NCBI RefSeq assembly: GCF_036971445.1 | Contig: NC_091475.1 | Location: forward strand, 5,518,001-5,582,000 | Reading direction: 5' to 3' | DNA length: 64,000 bases | Origin: Narcine bancroftii | Lineage: Eukaryota | Part shown: positions 10,788 to 23,667 of the stretch, in pieces | How the letters are laid out: every line of letters starts with the position of its first letter | Position numbering within the stretch: position 1 is the stretch's first letter | The notes under the pieces: model-generated | Told to the model about the DNA's origin: nothing | Databases searched by the model: none | The model's input: only the letters and a program-made list of their open reading frames with translations | Translations under genes and position numbers: made by a program

Positions 10788-13368
10788 TTAAAAAAAAAAT
10801 CAATTTTTTTTTTGCATCAAAGGTGATGCAAGATTCAGACCTTTTCATAGCTAAGGCATTAATGACTAGAAACCTGTTTTCTCCACTTTATTATGTACAT
10901 AAATATTGCTATTATTATAGACTTAACCCCATAACACAGAACATAGAACAGAACAGTACAGGGTCTTCAGCCCACATACTGAACATTAATTCACCTGCTG
11001 CTTTGGTTGTAACAGGAGCAGTATGATTTTCATTCAGCAGTAATCTACCACTCAGCAAATAGGACAGGGCTTCAGTCTTTGCAACAAGGCAGCAACAATG
11101 GTTGCAGAAGTGAGGCACACACAAGACTCTAGTCTGCGAGGGAGCTCCTGTAACAGGGGTTTTCTTCTCCAAGTGGCAATCTTCGGAGATTGGAGCAATG
11201 CTGAAACAAATATCACGACCTCAGCAGATATCGAGGTATGCTCAAGAACCATTATTACGCACAGCTCCTTAACACTGCGAGACACAAGCACCCAAGATTC
11301 TCATTTACCCTTCCACAATCACTTCTTCTCGGCTAAACACGCTTTCTCACCCAGCCTGGGAGGATGTCAACAATAAATAACAGCACAATTGTCATTATGT
11401 TAGCCACCATTCTTGAATACACCCATTCAAGGTCTAACTCAATGACTAATCGAGACCCAAATCTGTCTGGTATGAGCATCAAAATGCTTAATTCACCCAA
11501 GTGCAAAGAAATTTATCAGTTAGTGTGCTGTTCCATTCCCACTACATGATGACCACAGCTTAAATATGCATCTCTTCTGTCCTACCAACATATTGGTTCT
11601 GAGGAGTGTCCCTCCTAACAACAGTCCATGAATACAGGGAAGAGAGGGGAAATGGGAGGAGAAGGAAGTAATGGAAGGAGAGGGGTTGGATGGGGATGAT
11701 GAACATCTCCTGCTGCTTCGGGGGCATCAAACATACCAAGGGCCTGTCCCACCTTGGACACACTCTCTTCTCCCTCCTCCTGTCCAGAGATTCCAGAGTA
11801 GGAAATCATGCACCAGGCTTAACCCTTTGGACTCTGGCCATTTTTAAACTTTTCACAATAAATAATCTGGACTGGTTCCATGGATAAACAACTGTATGAA
11901 CACCAATATGAACCAACTGTTCCCAGAAAACATGGACACCGAGTCCAAAGGGTTAAAGAAAGTTTCATTCTCCTCAGCTATGAATGAAACTCAGAGCAGT
12001 GGTCTTATGCTGCCCTTGTTATGTTTTAAGAGTCTTTTCATTGCAACTCTTATATTACTGTACTGCTGTTCTTCTACTTTGTACCCCTGTATGAATGTTA
12101 GAAATTACTTGTTTGACTGTTCACAGAACAACTCTTCTCACAGCAGCAGATATAATGTGACCGTAAACTTGAACCACTCACTGCAAAGGAAGAGCAACCT
12201 ATGTTAGACTGTCAATTGGCATGGGATGTGAAACAAGTTGGTCCAGCAGGATAGCTGAGGAACCCAATGAGTGGCTCACCACAGTGTTGTGGGAGAGGAC
12301 AATCCACCTATCTGTTCTGCTTTGGAACATTGCAAAGGGCCAAAACCAAGAAACTTTATTGGCAAGGCTGATATTGTCGCATTGCCAGACTTGCTAGAGC
12401 GTAACCAGGAGATGACCAAGGGTGTGATGTAGTCCATTTCCTTCTCCTCCCAGGAGTCCCGTAGAGCAGCTCATCCATTCTGGAAATGATATCCAATTTT
12501 CTGCAAGGCCTCAATGACAATCCCCTCATCAAACTGCTCTCAGCTCTGCAAAAGGCCCTTACTTGTTTCTTCAATGTCTTTCTGCCATTAGAAAGACTCA
12601 TCGATCCCAGGAGAGCTACGGCCTCAGCTACTAGGGGAGCAGTCAGAAAGCTAAAGGTATACGGTTGCATGGGGAGATCCAACAAATGCACTTCTCCCTC
12701 GATACAAAGTCCAGGTCAGGCACATGGGCTGTTTTTGATGGAGAGCCTTCCTAATTCAGCCACTGGCTGAAGACAACACCAGAATAGGAATAGGTGGAAC
12801 CCCCTTCCACTCTGGATTTGCAGATCCAGATTGGATCCAAGATTTAATCTCATCAGGGTTGAGGCTCTCCACTCTTCCCTGCATTGTGTCACCCAAGGGA
12901 GACCATTCTTAATGTGTAACCAACATCAGATGTCATCTAGACATTTACAAGACTCTTAAACAGGCAAATGAATGCAAGAGAATTAGAGGGTTATGGCTGT
13001 GAGGTAGGGTAGGTTTAGTTTAGTTTGTTGAGTAGGTTTAGATAGGTCAAGGGCCAAAGGACCTGCACTGTGCTGAAATGTTTGGTATTCTTAACTATCT
13101 GATGATGGACCACATGGTTCCCAAAGTGGGGTGGAGGAAGACAACTCAGATTTGGAGAACACACATCCATGTAGATCTGGAGCTGATTACATGGATAACG
13201 AAAGGAAAGCCTATAAAAAGGTTGGAATGTAGTAGAATCTGGACTGCTGGAGGCCTGAGACTGTAGTTCTAATTGCTGTGCTGCACTGAAGTGAAATGAA
13301 AATCATTTCAATTTAAAAGAACATTTGACAACTCCAATAATTTTAATCAAGAACATATCCCATCTTAC

Positions 13369-13442
13369 CTGCATGAGGTGAAGGCTTTACTGTTATATAA
13401 TCTATGACATTGGGCAATATGGGCTTCTTAATGTTGGATCCC
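13369..13442 (-). CDS. NXPE3: NXPE3 coding exon 3 (74 nt)
   Basis: ttttcag acceptor and GTAAGA donor. Translation GSNIKKPILPNVIDYITVKPSPHA. Phase 2-1 joins the flanking exons in frame. Confidence 0.9.
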
Positions 13443-14149
13443 CTGAAAATGAAACACAGTGTTCCTTAAATCACTGCCAATGTAATAAAAATTAAATATT
13501 CCAAGAGTATTTTCACAAGCCCAAGTCAACTTACTCAAATTAAGCTCATGCTTTATATATCTAAACATTACCCTAAACGTAGCCACAGAGGTACTGATGG
13601 GAAGGAGTTTCCGCAGATGGCCTGTGGAAATGAACTGCTGGGAATCATGTTTGTTTATTTCAGGAAGCTATCAGCTCAACAGATTCTGTGTCAATGGGAA
13701 GGCTCCTTGTTGGGCAGACGAGTGTGATACAGAAAGTGGTGGAGAGATCACAGGGAAGGGGATGGAAAGTCCAAAGCTGGTAGTTTGAGAAACAAGCTTT
13801 GATGGGCCTGGAGGGATCCTTTCTGCTAGGCTTAATCATAAAGGACCCATCACCACCTCTTCCCTTTAAGAAAGAAAGTACAGAAGCCTGAAGCCCAGCA
13901 CCTCCAAGTTCAAGAACAAATTTTAAAAGAACTTTCTCTTACTATTCTGGTCAGGATCTGGGATCACAAAAAAGACCTGTCTGGTCTATTGAAGCACTGT
14001 TCTTTTTCTTGCACAATGAATATTTATCTATCGATCCTTTATATTAAACACTTTCTGTACTGGGGTAATTTATTGTTGTTGGTGTATCTTATCTACCCAT
14101 TTGAATTTCAGTGCAAATGTACATTGCACCTGTGTACAATGCAATAAAC

Positions 14150-15630
14150 TTGTTATCATCGTTCCATCATTCATTCACTCCATCATTATCATCTTCCTCC
14201 TCGTTCCATCATCCTCTTTGTTCCATCATTCACCGTTCCATCATCGTCGCTCCATTATCATCATCGTTCCATCATTCACCATTCCATCATCATCATCGCT
14301 CCATCATCATTCCATCATTCACCGCTCCATTATCATCATCGTTCCATCATTCACCGCTCCATTATCATCATCGTTCCATCATTCACCGCTCCATTATCAT
14401 CATCATTCCATCATTCACCGCTCCATTATCATCATTGCTCCATTATCATCATCGTTCCATCATTCACTGCTCCATTATCATCATCGCTCCATTATCATCA
14501 TCGTTCCATCATTCATCGCTCCATTATCATCATCGTTCCATCATTCATCGCTCCATTATCATCATCGTTCCATCATTCACCGCTCCATTATCATCATCGT
14601 TCCATCATTCACCGCTCCATTATCATCATCGTTCCATCATTCACCGCTCTATTATCATCATCGTTCCATCATTCACTGCTCCATTATCATCATCGCTCCA
14701 TTATCATCATCGTTCCATCATTCACTGCTCCATTATCATCATCGCTCCATTATCATCATCGTTCCATCATTCACCGCTCCATGATCATCATCGTTCCATC
14801 ATTCACTGCTCCATTATCATCATCGCTCCATTATCATCATCATCGTTCCATCATTCACTGCTCCATTATCATCATCGCTCCATTATCATCATCGTTCCAT
14901 CATTCACTGCTCCATTATCATCATCGCTCCATTATCATCATCGTTCCATCATTCACCGCTCCATTATCATCATCGTTCCATCATTCACCGCTCTATTATC
15001 ATCATCGTTCCATCATTCACTGCTCCATTATCATCATCGCTCCATTATCATCATCGTTCCATCATTCACTGCTCCATTATCATCATCGCTCCATTATCAT
15101 CATCGTTCCATCATTCACCGCTCCATGATCATCATCGTTCCATCATTCACTGCTCCATTGTCATCATCGCTCCATTATCATCATCATCGTTCCATCATTC
15201 ACTGCTCCATTATCATCATCGCTCCATTATCATCATCGTTCCATCATTCACTGCTCCATTATCATCATCGCTCAATTATCATCATCATTCCATCATTCAC
15301 CGCTCCATGATCATCATCGTTCCATCATTCACTGCTCCATGATCATCATCGCTCCATTATCATCATCGTTCCATCATTCATCGCTCCATTATCATCATCG
15401 TTCCATCATTCATTCACTCCATCATTATCATCGCTCCAGCATTCATTGCTCCATCATTCATCGCTCCATTATCATCGTTCCATCATTCATTCACTCCATC
15501 ATTATCATCTTCCTCCTCGTTCCATCATCCTCTTTGTTCCATCGTTCACCGTTCCATCATTATCATCGTTCCATCATTCATTCGCTCCATTATTCGTCAT
15601 CATCATTGCTTCATCATCTTTATCATCACT
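14150..15630. repeat. Composite minisatellite; 32-bp unit CCATTATCATCATCGTT+CCATCATTCACYGCT with extra 17-mers
   Basis: Directly visible tandem array of about 1.5 kb. The ORF track shows a 32-aa period, equal to three 32-nt units. Confidence 0.97.
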
Positions 15631-15716
15631 GGGAGGTTTGTCCCAATATTTGATCCTACCAGAACTTAGCCCAGGATATGAATGGAGATGAAATATGAAT
15701 AAAAGTGATGACAAAC

Positions 15717-16498
15717 CTTTTGAAGTAAAAAGCCTCATCTCCATTCAAAAGGTCTTTCACATATACTCCTTTTGCATGGGTGATGCGGGAAGAGCAGGGA
15801 AGTTTCTCTGGTTTGTAACAGAACCAGGGCTCACCAGTCCTGATATCAGTGAAGTTACAGAGTGGCTTTGTTGGAGACAAGTAAAGATTGCATGTGGTAG
15901 TGTCTGAGGTAGTCCCAAGTCTGAAGGCACTTTTAAAGTTCACTCTATCAGGCCGTTCCTTGCATAGTCTCCCAAGTACTTGGATCGCTTCACTGGGATG
16001 AACCAGGGAAACAGACACTTGGACTTTCCCTGGCCAGGATAAAGTAAAATTTATATAGTAAAATCCATTTTGGTTGTCCACAACTGTTCCTACTGAACCA
16101 GCTTTTAACTCTGGAGTGTGGATCCGTGCTTGGAAGTAGTCACCCCCATATTGTTTTGGGTTTCCTTCAAAATCGTACATGCGCAGCATCACTTGTAATT
16201 GATCTCCAACGTAGAAAGTCTTCCTAAAATTTAAAATAACAAAGCGTGAATGCGATGGGTCACTGCTTTTCTGAATTGGCACAGTGAGGTTGGGAGGCTT
16301 TGGCCATTCAATCATTCTCATCAGGGCTGTTCCCTCCAATCGTTCTTCAGGGCTGAAGTTGTGTTTTTGATAGCCATACTGCATCAGCTTATACATCCAA
16401 TCAATTTTCTGCATTCCCAAATCTTGCTCTGTTGTGGAATAAATCTTTGGACGAGGGTATCTGCTTGACTGAGAGCTTGATGCAGAAATTGAATTCAA
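15717..16498 (-). CDS. NXPE3: NXPE3 coding exon 2 (782 nt; Ig-like region and cysteine-rich segment)
   Basis: ctacag acceptor and GTTTGT donor. Translation includes SSDPSHSRFVI, YVGDQL, KQYGGDYFQARIH, VSVSLVHPSEAI and CNFTDIRTGEPWFCYKP.KLPC. Confidence 0.96.
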
Positions 16499-17084
16499 CT
16501 GTAGAGAGAAAATATTAATGAATCAATTTTCCTTTTCCATCATAATCACTATTTCCCCCAATGTACCTATCATCTAGTCAAAATAATAACAGAATGGCTC
16601 TCATGGGACTAAAAGGAGTGAAATCAGCACATGAAACTCCTGACTAAAAAGTTTCAAATCATTTAATGAGGCTATTAGACAGTTCCTCAAGATTATCATG
16701 CATATGTACCATACAGATACAGAATTCCATGCAAGTGGTACAAGTAGACAGGCTGGTCAAGGTGGTGTTCGGCAAATTTGCCTTCAGCCAGAGCAGGTCC
16801 AGTGACATCATGTTACAATCATGCAGGATGTTGATGGGACTCTGGAATTCCATAGACTTCTCTTCTCAAAGAAACAGTGGCGGCTTCTTCATTAAATACA
16901 TTTTGGACATGTTAGATTTTTGAATAGTTAATGGTTATGGGGAAAAGTCAGGTAGGTGGAGCTGAGTTCACGGCCAAATCATCCACAATCTTATTAAAAG
17001 ACAAAGCGATCCAAGTACTTGGGAGACTATGTCAAATGGCCTTCTCCTGCACCTAGCTCTTGTATTCTTATTCTACTGTAACTG

Positions 17085-17560
17085 CCCTGGAGTATTGTGT
17101 GCAGGCTTGGTTACCCAGCTTTGGGAACAACACTGTTAAGATGGAAACAATTGACAAGATTGTTGCCAGGACTGGTAGCCTTAAATTACAAGGAGAGGTT
17201 GAATGGATTGGGACTTTTCTCCCTGAAGTATAGGAGGTCAAGGGTGGACCTTGTAGAGGTTTATAAAATCGTGAAGAACACATATGAGGCAAATAGTTAT
17301 AGACTTCCCCACCACCCCCAAAGATTTGGGAATCTAAAAATTGAGGACAGAGATTTAATGAGAGAGGAAAGATTTAAAAGAGTCTGGAGGGGTACCTTCT
17401 TCACACAGAGGGTGATGGGGAGATGGAACAAGATGCCAGAGGAAGTGGTAGAAGCAAAGACAATAATTATGTTCAAAAGGCATTGGACAGACAGATACTA
17501 GATGTTGAGGGATATGGGCCAAATACTGACAAAGCGACTAGCTTAGTCAGCAGAGACAGC
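17085..17560 (+). mobile_element. CR1-clade LINE 3' fragment
   Basis: Motifs YKERLNGLGLFSL...DLVEVYKI and FFTQRVMGRWNKMPEEVVEA. Confidence 0.75.
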
Positions 17561-18194
17561 ACGGTTGACAGGCCCATTTCATCGTTTGCAAAATCCCAGA
17601 TTACAAGTCAAATTAGTCTCATCATATCCATGTTAGTGAGGAAAAATTGGATGATTAATCAGCACTCCCTTTCCTGAACTCCTTTCATTAGACAATATAC
17701 TTTATAGGACAGAAGGAGACCACTTGCCCCATCCTTCCGACGGCAACTGAAAACATACCTTGGTCTAATCTCACTTCCCACTAATGGACACAGACCCAGA
17801 GCTCCTCCCTAATGCTTGTAACAATCAGTTTAAATGTTTACTTCATGATTACTGACTGGTTTCCCTGCTACCGAAAGCAGATCACTTTTATTTATATAGA
17901 TTTCTCATTATTTTGAGCAACTCAATTAAATTCTCTGTCAAAAGGGAACAACCATAGTCTGGGCGGTCTTTCATAAATTCTCCCACCTTGGTAAAATCAT
18001 TTATGTGCACCCTCTCTAGTGCTGTGTCAACTTCCTGCAATGTGGTAATCAGGACAGAACTCTACTCCAGTTATAGCCTTCTAATGAAAAATATGAAATC
18101 GACAAGATTCTGAGAGACATAGCCAGCCCTTTTCTCTAAGGGCAGGAATATCAAACACCAGGGAGTGTACAAAGTGAAGGGAGGAATGTTGATT

Positions 18195-18430
18195 AATTTA
18201 AATTTAGACATATAGCACGGTAACAGGATATTTCGGCCCATGAGTCCGTGCCGCCCAATTTAAACCCAATTAACCTGCACCCCCAGTACGTTTCGAATGG
18301 TGGGAGGAAACTGGAGCCCCCAGGGAAAACTCACACAGACACAGGGAGAAAGTACAAACTCCTTACATCACCGCAGGATTCAAACCCCGGTCCTGATCAC
18401 TGGTGCTGCAAAGGCCAATGTGCCACCTAT
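18195..18430 (-). mobile_element. HE1-like tRNA-derived SINE nested in a CR1 3' fragment
   Basis: Minus strand has a B-box-like GGGGTTTGAATCC, then GGAGTTTGTACTTTCTCCCTGTGTCTG, and a CR1-type tail. Confidence 0.65.
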
Positions 18431-18777
18431 CGGGGGAAGTTTTTTTTTAATATAGAGTTGTGGGTGCCTGGAATGCCTTGCCAGGGGTAGTGGTGGTGGA
18501 GGCTGAAACACTGGGGGCATTTAAGAGACTCTTAGACACATAGTTAAATGAAAAATAGAGGGTTAAAGTCAAAAGGGTTTACTATTTTTCACTAGGAATA
18601 TATAGGTCAGCACAACATTGAGGGCCAAAGGGCCTGTACTGTGCAGTTGTGATCTATGTTCTAAGCCATCACATAATGAAACATCAATTTTTTTTTAAAT
18701 TACCAGAATATGCAACTTCTTGGTAAAGAGCAGAGGCAGCATTTCAGAAGTCAGGAAATGTTCACCATTCGTCTCAC

Positions 18778-18891
18778 CTTTACTTTCGGAAAGCTTACAT
18801 ACACCAGACACCCCATCACCAGGGCAAGTATCATGACGCGGGGATGTCGTAGGCAGAAGGCAAGTGTTATTTGCCTTGCAGCTTGATCCAT
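18778..18891 (-). CDS. NXPE3: NXPE3 first coding exon (114 nt coding; N-terminal signal anchor)
   Basis: ATG at 18891 gives MDQAARQITLAFCLRHPRVMILALVMGCLVYVSFPKVK, a hydrophobic type II anchor. AAG|GTGAGA donor in phase 0 matches the next exon. Confidence 0.82.
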
Positions 18892-19127
18892 ATTGGAAGG
18901 TTGCTCTGCTCCAAATGCACAATCAATCCATTTATCATCATTTCTCTGTAAATCTGCAAGTGAATGGTAATTAATGCTTTTAGACTTAACAAATCATTGA
19001 ATGCATTTGGACCCAATTCAATCCCAATGAGCATTTTGTCTGCAAAAGACCTGGAGAAACAAAATTACAACAGTCATACACATGAAAACAATAGTGTCAG
19101 GGGCAAGACCAGTCATGTTAAAGGAGC

Positions 19128-19961
19128 TGAAGTGCCAGTTGATGAAGTAGACAAAGATGATGGGGTCAAACAATAATCAGGGCTTTTATTAGCCGAAACT
19201 CATGGTATAATAATGAAAGACAACAGATGCATATACAGTTATATCCAAGGGGAGTGTCCTTAACAGTAGAGATAATACACGGCCAATGTTAGTACAGCAA
19301 GGCTCGCCAGAGGGGAGACAGGCAGCTTGGCAGACATTCACCACAGTCTCCCCCCGGCAGAAGAAGGGTTAAAATCAAAAGGACAACTGCTAGGAAAGAC
19401 TGAAGCAAGCGATACATGGATACCATGTTTGGCCTTGAGATAATCTAACAGCCAAAATACGCCAGTATCTAGCAAGCAATTGAAATATAATGAGATGTTT
19501 TATGAATATGTCAGCCTATCAGGTTGTTTACGAATTCTGGTGCTTTGTCTCAAAACAGGTGGCTCCTTTGCAACCTTGGGAACTGGTACAGGTCCTGGGT
19601 CAGTCGTGTGGGAAGGACGGACTTCCGGACCCGCTCCAGAATTGCCAGCGTGAGGCAGTGGAGCCTCAGCATGGCCATCTGAAGGCTGACTAGGGGTCAC
19701 AGGCTGGAGGGGGGGGGGGGGGGGGGGGGCCTTTTATTCTGCTAATAAAATTGAAGGGCCAGTTGATGAAGTAGACAAAGACGATGTGGTCAGACAATAA
19801 TCATGGCTTTTATTAGCAGAAACTCATGGTACAATATTTCTGGTGCATACACAGTTATGCCCAAGGGGAGTGTCCTTAACAGTAGATAAAATGCACGGCC
19901 AATGTTAGTACAGCAAGGCTCGCCAGAGGGGGGACAGGCAGCTTGGCGGACGTTCACCACT
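19128..19961 (-). mobile_element. Internally deleted Gypsy element: LTRs 19128-19345 and 19752-19961, 5-bp TSD GGAGC
   Basis: Two similar LTRs of about 215 bp. GGAGC at 19123-19127 and 19962-19966. Polypurine tract next to 19346. Pol C-terminus PVLRQSTRIRKQPDRLTY. Confidence 0.92.
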
Positions 19962-19966
19962 GGAGC

Positions 19967-20670
19967 CAATGGTAGTTTTAGTCAAAATCCCCCCGCAGGG
20001 TCTGAGCCCAAGATGGCGGCACCTATAATCAGAACCAGTTATGAGGGGTTGCAAACTCCAGGGAAGCAGAGGACTAGCACAGGGCACCAGGGAATGGGGG
20101 GCCCAACCCTGTCTGAGAAGAAGCAGAGGAGATGAACCATGGAACAGTGACTCGGGTGGCAGACCAGTGAGGGGCTCTGCAGCTGAATGACCCACATACG
20201 TGGCGAGCTGCTGGTGGCTTAAGGCGAGGAAACCATGCAGGCAGCTGGCAGCTGGGGTCAAGGGACTTGCGCCAACTCGAAACTTGCTGGAGGGGTACCA
20301 GGTAATGGAGCCATGATGCGAGAGGATGTTGAGGGTGCAGAAAGGTTCCTGATCACATCAGGGTTCTGGTCTGGAGCTTGGGTTGCTGATGGCCATAAAT
20401 TGAATCTTGACTCTTAAACCAGCCCTGTAGCCCAAAGAGGATTGTGCTGCTCCAGAAGATTTAATCAAAATCTATAGGTTGATTTGGGGACATTTAAGGA
20501 CTTGCATTTTGCTCATTATTTATTTATAACTGTATATTTATGACTACATCAGCATTTGCAGTTTGTTTACAGTTCTCTCTCTCTTGGAGTACAGTTCACA
20601 GCCTGACCTGCAGAAAAAAGATCTCAGGGTTGTATGTGATGTCATGTATGTACTGTCAATAAATTGGAAC
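19967..20670 (+). mobile_element. Probable non-autonomous element with a Rex1-type 3' tail
   Basis: Ends in ATCTCAGGGTTGTATGTGATGTCATGTATGTAC, the same tail as the Rex1 copy at 9690-9750. No RT is recognisable. Confidence 0.45.
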
Positions 20671-20739
20671 ATTGACTATATAATTGTATTATAGAACCCT
20701 CTTTAATGGCAGAGAATTGGCACATGCGCACACAAGAGA

Positions 20740-22360
20740 GTGCGATACTGGATCTCCTAATCGAGAATGAGACAGGACTGAATGGTAGTAGGTGTAGAAC
20801 ACTTTGGGTCCAGTGATCATAATACCAATTGTTACATGTTATTTATGGAGAAGTGTAGGTCTGGTCCTTGGGTTGAGATTCTAAATTGGAGGAAGGCCAA
20901 TTATGAGGAAATGAGAAAGGATCTAGAAAGCTTGGGTTGGAACAGTTGTTTTCTGGCAACGATATGCTTGGCTAGTGGAAATTCTGAGAGTACAGAGAGA
21001 GCAGTAGATGTTCCTGTCATGATTAACGCCAATGTTAACAGGCATAGGGAACCTTGGTTTTTGAAGGATATTGAGGAGCAGGTCAATAATAAGTATAGCA
21101 GATATAGACAACAAGGAGCACACAAGGTAATGAGGAGTATAAAAATGCAAGAAAAACTGAAGAAGGAAATCAGGAAGGCTAAAAGAAGACATGAAGTTGC
21201 TTTGGCAGACAAGGTGAAAGAAAATCTTAAGGGATTCTACAGCAAAAGGTCCCCTTGGAGATCAGAGGGGTCAGATTTGTAAGGAGCTACTATGTAAAGA
21301 AATTGGGGAGATCTTAAATGTGTTTTTTTTGCACCTGTATTTACTCAGGAGAGTGATCCGGCATCTAGAGAAGTGAGGCAAACAAGCAGTGAGGTCATAC
21401 AACCTATACAGATTAAAGAGGAGGAGGCACTTGCTGTCTTAAAGCAAATAAGAGTCCACAGGGTCTGATAAGATTTCAGACCTTGAGGGAGGTTAGTGTA
21501 GTCATTGAAGGGGGCCTGGCAGAAATATTTAAAACATGCTTAACTACGTGTAAGGTGCCAGAGGATTGGAGGAGAGCTAATGTTGTTCTGTTGTTTATAA
21601 AAGGCTCCAAGAATAATTCAGGAAATTATAGGCTGGTAAGTTATTGGAATGTATTCCAAGAGATCAGTTATATACAAGCATTTGGATAGACAAGGACTGA
21701 TTAGGGACAGTCAACATGACATTGTGCGTGGTAGGTTGTGTTTAACTAACCTTATAAACTTTTCCCGAGGAGGTTACCAGGAAAGTTGATGAGGTAAGGC
21801 CACGGACAGGGTCCTGCCTGGTAGGATGGTCAAAAAGATTCAGTTGTTTGATATTCAGGATGAGGTAGTAAATTGAATTAGACATTGGTTTTGTGGGACA
21901 AGCCAAAGAGGGGCAGTGGATGATTGCCCATCTAACTGGAGAACTGTAATTCAGAAATCAGTGCTGGGTCCATTTTTTGTTTGTCATCTACATCAACGAT
22001 TTGGATAAAATGTGATAAATTGGATCAGCAAGTTTGCACATGACATAAAAATTGAAGGTGCAGCGGACAGCAAGGAAAGCTTTCAAAGCTTGTAGTGGGA
22101 TCTGGACCAGCTGGAAAAAAATGGGCTGAAAAATGTCAGATGGAATTTAATACGGACAAGTGTGAGGTGTAGCACTTTGGGAGGGCAAAGCAGGGTGGGA
22201 CATACACAGCAAACAATAGGGCATGGAGAGAGCAGTAGAAGAGAGGGATATGGGAATACAGATCCATAATTCCCTACAAGTTGCATCACAAGAGGATCAG
22301 GTTGTAAAGAGAGCTTTGGGCACATTGGCCTTCATAAATCAAAGTACTGAGTATAGGAGT
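20740..22360 (+). mobile_element. CR1-clade LINE ORF2 fragment (endonuclease to RT), degraded
   Basis: Motifs VGVEHFGSSDHN, LNWRKANYEEMR and VPEDWRRANVV.LF.KG...GNYR, plus a KFAHDIK (FADDTK) remnant. Confidence 0.85.
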
Positions 22361-22706
22361 AACCTCATCCTTGACAATTGACTCCAACATCTTCCCAACC
22401 ACTGATGTCAGGCTAACCAGCTTATAATTTCCTCCCTCCCTTCTTGAATAGTGGAGTGACATTTGCAATTTTCCAGTCCTCCAGAACCACGCCAGAATCT
22501 ATTGATTCCTGCAAGATCATTACTTATGCGTCCAGCTACTTCTTTCAGAACCCAAATGTGCAATCCATCTGGTCCAGGAGCCTTATCTGCTCTAAGACCA
22601 TTCAGCTTTCTGAGCACCTTCTCCCTTTTAATAGTAACTGCCCTCACTTCCCTTTCCCGATCCCTTTTGACATCTAGCACACGGCTAACATCTCCACAGT
22701 GAAGAG
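22361..22706 (-). mobile_element. CR1-clade LINE fragment in opposite orientation (continues after the solo LTR)
   Basis: Motifs KAPGPDGLH..VLKEVA and GNYKLVSLTSVVGKMLESIVKD. Confidence 0.8.
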
Positions 22707-23667
22707 TGTAACAAATGTGGCAGATTATGTTGTGTTTGTATTGTGTATTGATATGTTTTGGGGAGATAAGTTGGGGCGGGTTTTTTTTGGTGTAGGTCAC
22801 ATACAAACACTTTAAAACAGATCTTATTTAAAATGCTGGAGCTCTGCTCATGCTAGACAGTCCGACACCAAGAGCCTTTGCAAAAACGTTGGAGAGGGCC
22901 CAAGAGACTTCACTAATGGATTGTTGTTTACAAAAAGGCAACAGATGAAAGAACTCATCCGAGCTGCAGACTGTCTTCAGTAGAACTTGCTGTTCTAAGA
23001 GGGTCATATGGATTTGCAAGCAGAGAGGGAGTCAAAGAAGCTTTCTTGCTGAGAGAGAAAGAGAGAGTGGGAGATCAGTTCTGCAGTTTTACAGTCAGCA
23101 GCAGCAGCTGGGACTGGAACAGGACAAGCTGGCAAGCTCGTGGAAAACCCCATTTGGAAGACAGGTTGTGAGTGCTTAGTTCAGCCTGGCCAAAGTCCTT
23201 GTGGTTCTTGCAAGAGGAGAGAACTGGCTGCCTGATGTTTCACTTGAAATAAGTGAAACTAAAAGGAACTCTGTGGTGACCACAAAGAAAGAGTTTATCA
23301 TCTGGAAAACCCTGATGGGGTGAGTTTCTTCGGCAAGACACTGAAGTGGCCGATTAAAAGGAATCATTTGTGGGTGCCCAGCGAACAACAAATCTCTCTC
23401 TTCCTGAGTGGTAACTATTTACCTTTCAGGCACCATAGCCTGCAACCAGTGAACTTGGAGGAATGAGAAGTGAACTTTTCTGAATTTACATAGACGTGCA
23501 CTTAGAATTAGAAGGGGGTTAAGTTAGGTTAGTTAATAGTAATAAGTTAATGTGCGATCCTGTATTCATGTTTAAAGATAATTAAGAAGCAACTCATGTT
23601 TAAGTAACCATTTGTCTTGGTGAATATTTATTGCTGCTGGGTTTATGGGTCCTCTGGGCTCGTAACA
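22707..23667 (+). mobile_element. Probable solo LTR (about 960 bp)
   Basis: Starts TGTAAC and ends TAACA, and interrupts the CR1 fragment. No clear TSD; the strand is tentative. Confidence 0.55.

Noticed and set aside
14101-15691. Long His/Ser/Ile-rich ORFs (up to 399 aa)
   Set aside because: They are translations of the minisatellite, which has few stops on the plus strand. They are antisense within an NXPE3 intron and cycle through all three frames.
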